From Nannocystis pusilla (GTDB lineage Bacteria; Myxococcota_A; Polyangia; Nannocystales; Nannocystaceae), in NCBI RefSeq assembly GCF_026626665.1, contig NZ_JAPNKE010000002.1, forward strand, positions 1,229,204 to 1,293,203: 64,000 nucleotides of DNA, read 5' to 3'. The position numbers and the translations under genes are program-made. Below, piece after piece: positions 57,201 to 64,000 of this stretch. The notes below the pieces were generated by a model, which searched no databases, was not told where the DNA came from, and saw only the letters and a program-made list of their open reading frames with translations. How positions within the stretch are numbered: the stretch's first letter is position 1; each line of letters starts with the position of its first letter.

Positions 57201-59970
57201 GCTGCATTTCATCTTCGGCGACTGCGTCTGCTCGTGGACGCAGCACCTGCAGGGCGCGCTGCGCTACCTCGAGAGCGCGTTCCAGGCGGCGCTCCAGTCC
57301 GGCGACCTCACGTTCGCCTGCTACTGCTGCAATCATTACGTGGTCGACCTGCTGGTCCTCGGCGAGCCGCTCGAGCAGGTCGAGCGCGAGACGGAGCGCC
57401 GGCTGGAATTCACGCGCAACGCCGACTTCGCCGGCTCGTCGCAGGTGCTGATCGGGATCCAGCGGCTGGTCCGCCACCTCCTCGGGCGGACGCGCAGCCG
57501 CGCGAGCTTCCGCGACGACGCGGCGTACGAGGCGGAGGTGAATGCGTCGCCGTGGACGGTGGTGAAGTGCTGGTACTTCATCATGAAGCTGCAGGGCCTG
57601 TTCATCAGCGGCGATTACGCAGCGGCGCTGGCGGCCGGCGACGCGGCGGCGCCGCTGCTCTGGTGCTCGCTGGCGCATATCCAGGAGCCCGAGTACTGGT
57701 ATTATTACGCGCTGGCGCTGGCGGCCCACGTGTCGTCCGCCGCGCCGGTGCGGCAGCGCGAGGCGCTCGTGGTGCTGGCGCGCCACGAGGCGAAGCTGGC
57801 GGAGTGGGCGGCCTCGTGCCCGCAGAACTTCGGCCACAAGCACGCGCTGGTCTCGGCCGAGATCGCCCGCCTGGAGGGCCGCGAGCGCGACGCGCTGCAA
57901 TGCTACGACCGCGCGATCAGGGGGGCGCGCGAGCACGGCTTCGTGCAAAACCAGGCGATCGCCGACGAGCTGCTGGCCCGCTTCTACCGCGACCGCGGGC
58001 TCGAGATGCTGGCCGAGACGCACCTGCACGCGGCCCGCGCCTGCTACGTGAAGTGGGAGGCGCACGCCAAGGTCCGCCAGCTCGACGAGCAGGAGGAGGG
58101 CCTGTCCGACGGGCGGCCGGACGGCTGCGAGGCCAGCGACACGTTCACCGCGGAGCACGTCGATCTGCTGGCGGTGACCAAGGCGTCGCAGTCGATCTCG
58201 AGCGAGATCGTGCAGGAGAAGCTGCTGCGACGCTTGCTCAGCGTGGTGCTCGAGCAGAGCGGGGCCCGCACCGCGCACCTCATCGGGGTCCGGACCGGCG
58301 AGCTGACGCTCGAGGCCAGCGCCACGCTCGACGAGTCGGGGATGCACGCCGACCTGCGCCGACGCGGCCCCGAGGAGCTAGCGAGGCTGGTGCCGGCGTC
58401 GATCGTGCAATACGTGCAGCGCACCGGCGAGCGCGTGCTCCTCGACGACGCGCGCGCCGACCCGGGTCGGTTCGGCCTCGACGAGTACGTCGCGCAGGTC
58501 CAGCCGCGCTCGCTCCTGTGCTTCCCGATCCGCCGCCGCGGCACGGTGCAGGACGTCCTCTACCTCGAGAACAGCCTGGTCCCGAGCGCGTTCCGCAGCG
58601 AGCACTTGACGGTGCTCGAGCTGCTGGCCGCGCAGGCGGCCATCTCGCTCGAGAACGCGACGCTGCTGACGCAGGAGCAGGCGGCGCGGCAGGCGGCCGA
58701 GGCGGACCACCGGCGCGCGGCGTTCCTCGGCGACGCGAGCAAGCTGCTCGGCGAGTCGCTCGACTACGAGGAGGTGCTGCACCGTCTGGCCGACCTGTGC
58801 GTGGGCTCGTTCGCCGACTGGTGCGCGATCGATGTCGTCGAGGGCCAGGAGATCCGCCGCCGCACGTCGGCGCCGAGCAGCCCGGCGCAGGCGGCGGTGC
58901 TCGAGGAGATCCGGGCTCGCTATCCGCCGCGCCTGGACTCACCGCACCCGTCGTCGACGGCGATCCGCGCCGGCGCGCCGCTCCTCGTCGAGATGACCGA
59001 GGAGAACCTCGCGCGCTACTGCGTCGACGAGGGGCACGCCCGGCTGCTGCGCGAGCTCGGGGTCAGGACGGCGATCGTGGCGCCGCTGCCGACCGGGTCG
59101 CGGATCCTCGGCGCCATCACTCTCGGCTCGGGGCGGCCGGACTTTCACTACGCGGCCGCCGACCTCGATCTCTTGGTGGAGCTCGCCCGCCGCGCGGCCA
59201 TGGCGATCGACAACGCCCGGCTCTACCGCCAGGCCCAGGCCGCGCTGCGGCTGCGCGACGAGTTCCTGTCGGTCGCGTCGCACGAGCTGCGCACGCCGAT
59301 GACGTCGCTGACCCTCGCGCTGCAGACGATCGTCAAGCCGACCCCGACCGGCAAGCCGCTCGATCCGCAGATCACGAGCAAGCTGCTCGACCTGGCGATC
59401 CGTCAGTCTGGGCGGATGAACCGCCTGATCGGCGACCTCCTCGACGTGTCGCGCATCGAGACCTGGCAGCTCGCGCTGTCGCTCGGCGAGGTCGAGCTGA
59501 GCGGCCTCGTGCGCGAGGTCCTGGCCCGGTTCCAGCCCGATCTGGCCCGGGCCGGCAGCTCGGCGACGATCGAGGCCCCGGCGCCGGTGGTCGGACGCTG
59601 GGACCGTTCGCGCCTCGAGCAGGTCGTCTCCAACATCCTCTCGAACGCGGCCAAGTTCGGGGCCGGGGCGCCGATCGAGATCACGGTGAGGCGCCTGGGC
59701 GACGTGGCGCGGTTGACGATCCGCGACCACGGGCTCGGCATCGACCCGGACCGTTTGCCGAAGATCTTCGACCGCTTCGAGCGCGGCGTGTCGGCGCAGA
59801 ACTACGGCGGGCTGGGGCTGGGCCTCTACATCGCCCGCAAGATCGTCGAGGGCCACTGTGGTACGATCCGCGCCACGAGCACGCCGGGCGAGGGGACGAC
59901 GTTCATCGTCGAACTGCCGTGCTGCGCGAGCACGCCGCCGACGGCGACGGGCGGAGGTCCACGGTCATGA
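54241..59970 (+). CDS. Multidomain signalling protein: Ser/Thr kinase + AAA/NTPase (P-loop) + TPR-like + 2xGAF + histidine kinase (HisKA/HATPase_c)
   Basis: Kinase motifs (HKDLKPDNIV, SPEQ). P-loop GYSGVGKSS. GAF-like blocks. H-box SHELRTPMTSL. N/G1/G2 boxes (NAAKFG, DHGLGID, GGLGLGL). Alternative start at ATG 54277. Confidence 0.85.
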   Translation: MVFPGGLRHGICMGDAGTADPAKYRTTGLLSQSAGAGIYRAVRLEDNCAVVIKTLDPRLRPARELERLRAEYELGRSLDLPGTVKPIALDTYRGMPALVLEHFEGTFLEQLLTGTPLPLERFLTLAIGIAGAVEELHRSDVVHKDLKPDNIVVDPVRGEVKLANLGVASPQQRESGLAPTAGILTGSLPYMSPEQTGRMNRPLDFRSDLYSLGVTFYRMLTGRLPFRASDPLEWIHCHVARRVTPPSALRPSVPEVVSAIVVKLLAKVAEDRYQSARGLRRDLERCLAAWRARGQIEPFPLGEEDLAERPRVPLQLYGRERELAALRGAFEAMVETGAPGVVRVSGYSGVGKSSLVHKLQRPIVQAHGFFLSGKFDQYQRGIPYATISQAFRALVRDILAEPEERVTEWRGRLTAALGLNARLIVDIIPELALVIGEQPPVPELSGSDAQSRFHLVFRQFLGVFAAREHPVALFLDDLQWVDPASLALLSHLITHPDIHYFLWICAYRDNEVSAAHPLMTALARVRAANVAMCDIFLTPLSEEHLASLVTATFGGRVRDAAALARLIHGKTDGNPFFALQFLNMLHQEGLIALDLSTGTWAGDIPRIQAKTTTINVAELMVQTLQRLSPGAREALELAACLGGTSELGLLAALADRPEEEVRRDLAAAVQAGLVLRDGDAYKFAHDRVQEAAFSLIPAAERAAVHLRIGRALLARLGREELEAQLFEVAGHFEEAAHLLERTDEKVRVAALHLAAGRKAQASTAYDAAVRYHAAGSALLGPEAWDEQHSLAFSLGFAQAECEYLRCRFDASVSQFAALFERARTRRERAEIRRVEVDLFTSRQELHTAVERGIEGLRWLGVEVSAHPTRAQVHRELQTIQDALGERQIEDLVDLPPLVDPDMRAALGILAVLFAPALNTDPELPSLCYCRMVEISLRHGNGEASALGYAYFGMVLGPSFGRYREGYQFGKLGYDLAERLGLVAYRAKLHFIFGDCVCSWTQHLQGALRYLESAFQAALQSGDLTFACYCCNHYVVDLLVLGEPLEQVERETERRLEFTRNADFAGSSQVLIGIQRLVRHLLGRTRSRASFRDDAAYEAEVNASPWTVVKCWYFIMKLQGLFISGDYAAALAAGDAAAPLLWCSLAHIQEPEYWYYYALALAAHVSSAAPVRQREALVVLARHEAKLAEWAASCPQNFGHKHALVSAEIARLEGRERDALQCYDRAIRGAREHGFVQNQAIADELLARFYRDRGLEMLAETHLHAARACYVKWEAHAKVRQLDEQEEGLSDGRPDGCEASDTFTAEHVDLLAVTKASQSISSEIVQEKLLRRLLSVVLEQSGARTAHLIGVRTGELTLEASATLDESGMHADLRRRGPEELARLVPASIVQYVQRTGERVLLDDARADPGRFGLDEYVAQVQPRSLLCFPIRRRGTVQDVLYLENSLVPSAFRSEHLTVLELLAAQAAISLENATLLTQEQAARQAAEADHRRAAFLGDASKLLGESLDYEEVLHRLADLCVGSFADWCAIDVVEGQEIRRRTSAPSSPAQAAVLEEIRARYPPRLDSPHPSSTAIRAGAPLLVEMTEENLARYCVDEGHARLLRELGVRTAIVAPLPTGSRILGAITLGSGRPDFHYAAADLDLLVELARRAAMAIDNARLYRQAQAALRLRDEFLSVASHELRTPMTSLTLALQTIVKPTPTGKPLDPQITSKLLDLAIRQSGRMNRLIGDLLDVSRIETWQLALSLGEVELSGLVREVLARFQPDLARAGSSATIEAPAPVVGRWDRSRLEQVVSNILSNAAKFGAGAPIEITVRRLGDVARLTIRDHGLGIDPDRLPKIFDRFERGVSAQNYGGLGLGLYIARKIVEGHCGTIRATSTPGEGTTFIVELPCCASTPPTATGGGPRS

Positions 59971-60365
59971 CGGTCGAGAAGAAGGAGGCGGGCGGGCTGG
60001 TGCTCGTGGTCGACGACGACCCGGACGTCTGCGAGACGCTGCAGACGGTCCTCGAGGTGTCGGGCTATCGCGTCGCCGCGGCGGGCAACGGCGAGGAGGC
60101 CCTGAAGACGCTGCGCAGCGGGGTTCGTCCGTGTCTGGTCTTGCTCGACCTGATGATGCCGGTGATGAACGGGCAGGAGTTCCGCGCCCGGCAACGCGAG
60201 GACCCGGCGATCGCCGGGGTCCCGGTGGTGGTGGTCTCGGGCGATCACCGCGTGGCCGAGAAGGCGGTCGAGATGGGCCTGGAAGGGCTGAGCAAGCCGA
60301 TCGACATCGACGACCTGCTGCAGCTCGTGGGCCGGTTCTGCGGGCCGCCGGCTTGTACGTGCTGA
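59967..60365 (+). CDS. Single-domain response regulator (receiver)
   Basis: LVVDDDPDVCE...LLDLMMPVMNG...SKP. ATG overlaps the kinase stop (ATGA). Confidence 0.8.
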   Translation: MTVEKKEAGGLVLVVDDDPDVCETLQTVLEVSGYRVAAAGNGEEALKTLRSGVRPCLVLLDLMMPVMNGQEFRARQREDPAIAGVPVVVVSGDHRVAEKAVEMGLEGLSKPIDIDDLLQLVGRFCGPPACTC

Positions 60366-60417
60366 CGCCCACGCGCCCCGGCCGATGCGTCGAAGCGTCC
60401 GCGAGCGGGCGCCCGCG

Positions 60418-61923
60418 TCACTGCGGGAGGACGAGCTTGAGGCCCTGGCCCGTCATGTCCGAGTAGGTGTACGGATTGACGAGGCCGGTGACGACGAGCT
60501 TGATCTCGTAGGTGTCGGGGTCGACCTTGTAGGCCTTGTTGGCCTTGTCGACGACCCATACGTAGCCCTCGTTGTCGATGCTGACGCCCCACGGCGAGCC
60601 GCAGTCGGGCAATGTGATGTTCTGGTTGGTCCAGGTCTTGGTGTCGCCGTCGAGCTCGATGAGGCGGCACGGGCCGTTGGCGGCGCCCCACACCCGATTC
60701 TCGTCGTCGACGGCGATGCCGAGCGCGCCGCCGCCGTTGTTGCCGCCGTTGCCCATGCCCTGCCACTGCTTGGCGACCGGATCGTAGAAATACATGTGGT
60801 CGGTGCCCGAGAAGCTGCCGACCCACATGTTGCCGTTCTGGTCGACGCCCATGCCGTACTTGTACTGGCCGGGGGAGAGGCCGAGCTCCTCGATCTCGAG
60901 GGTGGTCGCGTCGATGCGGATCGAGACCTCGTTGTCGTAGCCGATGACGAACAGGTCGCCGGCGGAGTTGACGGCGCCGCCGTAGGGGCCGAACGTGTTG
61001 GTGGTCCAGCCGGGGCGCTGGACGTCGTCGAGGATCGCGCCGGTGTCGCCCTCGAGGCGCGCGAAGTGAGCGACGCCGTTCACGTCCTTGTAGCCGACCC
61101 ACAGCCGCGGGACCGGGGTCTCGCAGGTGACGGGGTCCTGGGCCACGCCCTCCCACGCGGTCGGGCGCGCGCCGCCGTAATAACCGTCGGCCAGCGGCAG
61201 CGTGGTGTGCCACAGCACGCATTCGTCTTGACCCCACGGGCGAATGTCGCCAGGGCCGGTCGAGGTGTCGATCACGCCGTTGGCGTTCTTGTCGACGCAC
61301 TTCTCCGGCAATGCCATGACCTTGGTGACGCTGCCCGGGTTGCGGTTGCTGACCGCGACGTCGCCGAACTGGTTGACGGAGGTGCGCGACGGCTCGCCGC
61401 TGCCCGGCACCGGGTTGGTGTAATAGCGGCCCTCCTCGACGCCCGTCATCGTGTTGATTTTGGAGACGGTGCCCTGGGTGGTGTTGGCGATCCAGATGTA
61501 ATCGAAGGTGACGGGCTGATCGTCGGGCGGACAGACCGGCGGACCGCCCATGTCGAGCTTCATGCCGCCCGTGGTGGTGGTCGTGGCGGTGGTGGCGGTG
61601 CCGTCGGTATCGGTGAGCGTGACGCCCTCGGTGGTGGTCGCGGTGGTCGTGCCGGTGGGCGTGGTCGTGGTGGGCGCGGTCGTCGTGGTGCCCTGCGTCT
61701 CGCCCTGCGTGCCGGTGCCGGTGGGTACGTCGCCCGAGGTCTCGGTCGCGGTGCCGGTGCCGGTGCCGGTCATCGTCCCGGCGGTACCGGTCGGGCTGGT
61801 GCCCTGGGTGGCGCTGCCGTCGCTCGTCGTGCTGCCGCCGGCGTCGCCGCATCCGTGGATCGCCGCGAGGGTGGCGAGGGTAACTGCGGTGGATCTCCAG
61901 CGAAGACGAGGCGAACTACGCAT
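60418..61923 (-). CDS. Secreted lipoprotein with Thr/Gly-rich linker and beta-propeller-like C-terminal domain
   Basis: LATLAAIHGC lipobox, T-rich region, repeated G..D/N..VW/Y.V blocks. Confidence 0.55.
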   Translation of the reverse strand: MRSSPRLRWRSTAVTLATLAAIHGCGDAGGSTTSDGSATQGTSPTGTAGTMTGTGTGTATETSGDVPTGTGTQGETQGTTTTAPTTTTPTGTTTATTTEGVTLTDTDGTATTATTTTTGGMKLDMGGPPVCPPDDQPVTFDYIWIANTTQGTVSKINTMTGVEEGRYYTNPVPGSGEPSRTSVNQFGDVAVSNRNPGSVTKVMALPEKCVDKNANGVIDTSTGPGDIRPWGQDECVLWHTTLPLADGYYGGARPTAWEGVAQDPVTCETPVPRLWVGYKDVNGVAHFARLEGDTGAILDDVQRPGWTTNTFGPYGGAVNSAGDLFVIGYDNEVSIRIDATTLEIEELGLSPGQYKYGMGVDQNGNMWVGSFSGTDHMYFYDPVAKQWQGMGNGGNNGGGALGIAVDDENRVWGAANGPCRLIELDGDTKTWTNQNITLPDCGSPWGVSIDNEGYVWVVDKANKAYKVDPDTYEIKLVVTGLVNPYTYSDMTGQGLKLVLPQ

Positions 61924-62192
61924 CGCTCGATGAGAGCAGAAACCCTCGATCGAGACAAGCGCGAGAGCGCTCGCAAGGCCCGTGGAGGGCCCCGGCAGGG
62001 GTTTGCGGGCGCTGGTGAGACATGGGTCGGGGAAGTGCGCGGGGAAGCATCGGCGCTTCCCGTGCGCGAGACCGCGAGCGCGCCGGGACGCGTCGTCGGT
62101 GACGGCGACGAGAGCCGGACGCGGTCGCGCTCGAGAGGATGGTGCGAAGACGGGTCGGCACGTCGCGTGCGCCGCCTGCCTCGCCGCACGGA

Positions 62193-63723
62193 TCAGCGCG
62201 GCGGGAACGGGAGGGTCCAGATGCCCGGCCTGGACGCCTCGAGGTCGAGGTACAGGAGCCCGACGCCCTCGACGAGCGCCGCCTCGCCTGTCCTTTCGAC
62301 CAGGAGCTCGTAATCACCGGTGTCGGGGTCGACCAGCGCATACTCGAACTCGTGCTCGATCTCGTCGTCGCTGATGTCGAGGCGCGAGAGGAGGCGGCCG
62401 TCCTCCAGGACGAGCCACTCGTCGCCCAGGCGCGGGATGACGGTGGTGGCCTCGCCCGAGGCCAGATCGACGGCGATTCGCCGCATGCTGCCGTCGGCGT
62501 TCGGGCGCTCGTAGTGCACGCGACCGCTGTCGTGGCTCAGGCGGAACCGCCAGTCCGGCTCGGGGCCGCGGTAGACCTCGACCATCGCGCCAGTCAGCGC
62601 GTTCCACACGGCGATCACGTGGTCCTCGGGATCGGGCACGACGAGCGCGAATCCGGGGTAACTCCCCTGAATGAAGGTCGAGGTGCCGACGTGGTCCGGG
62701 ATCGCGAGGGGCTCGAGGGTGTCGAGGCGGTAGGCCTCGACGAAGCGAGAGTCGAGGCCACGGAGCGCGAACACCGTGGTGTCCGGGCCGGCCGCCACGC
62801 GCCAAAGGCCGGCGCCGGTCGTCGGACCGCGGCCCCAGGATTCGGCCGCGAAGTCGTTGACGGTGACCTCGCGCTCCTCGCCGGTCTCGAGGTCGCGGAT
62901 GCGCACGGGCTCGGACGTGTCGTCGCCCATGACCTGGTAGAGCAGGTGGAGGTGGCCGTCCGCGGTCCACACCGATTCGATGTAGCGGGCGCCGTCGAGG
63001 ACGTGCGCGGCCTCGCCGGTCTCGCGGTCGAAGGTGTCGACGCTGCCGTCGTCGCCGAGCATGAAGGCGAGGTTCTCGGCCTGGTAGTAACGGACGATGT
63101 CGTCGCCGATGAGCACGGTCGGCGTGTCGGGTTCGCCGCTGTGGAAGTAGTAGCGCGAGCGCCCGCCGCCGAGCCCCGCCACCCCGTCGACCACCACGGG
63201 GTCCGGATCTCTGGCGGTGACGGTGAATCCGTACATCATGCCGAAGTCACCGCCGCGGAACGACACCGACATCAGGGAGCCCTCGCTCGCCTGGGGCGGG
63301 GCGAATTCACCGGCTCGCCGGACCTCGTCGCGGCCGGGGACCTCGAGGCGATCGATCACGTCCAGCGTGTTATCCCCGAATCGATAGAGCACCGGGCCTT
63401 GCTCGGATTGATCACCGAATAGGAGGTGAACGAGGGGCTCTTCTCGGCGACGAACTCGGGGGCGCCGCCGCAGAGCGGGACGAGGTCGAACCGGCCTTTT
63501 TTCCCCGCCTGATCGAAGGAGTAGAGCAGGTGATTCTCGGTGACCCACATATTGACGCCGGAGGACGGCTCGTCCGGATCCCAACCGGCGGGGAGAGGCA
63601 CGAGGAGGGACGGCTGGTCGAGCGCGCAACCATCCTCGGGCTGGTCCTCGAGCGGGCGATCGCCGCACGCGGAGAGGAAGAGGGTCGATACGGCGAATAC
63701 GGCGGACAGGCTTCGAGTTCGCA
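62193..63723 (-). CDS. Hypothetical lipoprotein, apparent 1-nt frameshift near 63415
   Basis: N-terminus in ORF 63356..63751 (MRTRSLSAVFAVSTLFLSAC lipobox). Body in ORF 62193..63890 from ...LVHLLFGDQSEQGPVLYRFGDNTLDV onward. The first ~170 aa listed for the long ORF are wrong-frame. Confidence 0.55.
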
Positions 63724-64000
63724 TGAAGTGGGGCCCGACAGGGCTGCTCAAGCCTGGATCGACGGCGCAGGGTGTTCAAGGGCGGACCGGCGGTCGCGTG
63801 CAGACGCCCGGTGGCGGCGTGCTGGGAGCGGGACGGAGACCGGCAGGGTGGCCCCATCGGCGCGCGCTGGCGGCCTCGCGGGTGGGGCACCAGGGCGCAC
63901 TCGCAGGCCGGGGTCGGATTGCCACGGCGAGGTCGCCACCTCCCCTCAGGACGCGAGGTCCGCCTCGCTGCGAGGCGCGCTGTTCCTCACCCGCCTGGCA

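Noticed and set aside
63356-63939. First ~170 aa of the 565-aa ORF 62193..63890 and small ORF 63748..63939
   Set aside because: R/P-rich junk. The genuine N-terminus with lipobox is in the other frame (ORF 63356..63751) and joins via a 1-nt indel.

Overview
High-GC (~70%) chromosomal window. Gene content points to a myxobacterium of the Sorangiineae/Nannocystineae type: several eukaryotic-like Ser/Thr kinases, a DUF1592/DUF1552 pair, an ECF sigma/anti-sigma module, a TonB/ExbB/ExbD set with a TonB-dependent receptor, a heavy-metal efflux RND (CzcCBA-like) operon, and many lipobox proteins. I support about 40 protein-coding genes and no rRNA, tRNA, CRISPR or integrase genes. Ordinary housekeeping and metabolic genes include guaD, an aldehyde dehydrogenase, an SDR, GGT, MTAP and a PfkB kinase. 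Three non-standard layers stand out. (1) An extremely abundant palindromic motif family, roughly CTGTCY-TTCGG-GACAKGTG with frequent GACATGTCC variants, occurs more than 40 times. It sits mostly in intergenic regions, often as clusters or tandem arrays, and occasionally in-frame inside conserved CDSs, where it is written with rare low-GC codons. (2) Two copies of a ~150 bp highly structured repeat element, with one compensatory base-pair change, lie in direct orientation about 30 kb apart. (3) At least eight conserved genes carry single-base frameshifts, most simply explained by indel errors in the assembly. Candidate novel systems: a tandem pair of paralogous cysteine-rich lipoproteins; two vWA lipoproteins flanking an ECF sigma/anti-sigma module; a translationally coupled secreted three-gene operon (metzincin-like lipoprotein / HEAT-repeat protein / 700-aa lipoprotein) next to a LysR regulator; and a 1900-aa Ser/Thr-kinase/AAA/GAF/histidine-kinase protein with an adjacent response regulator. 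All calls come from reading the six-frame translations and the DNA by eye; no database searches were run.
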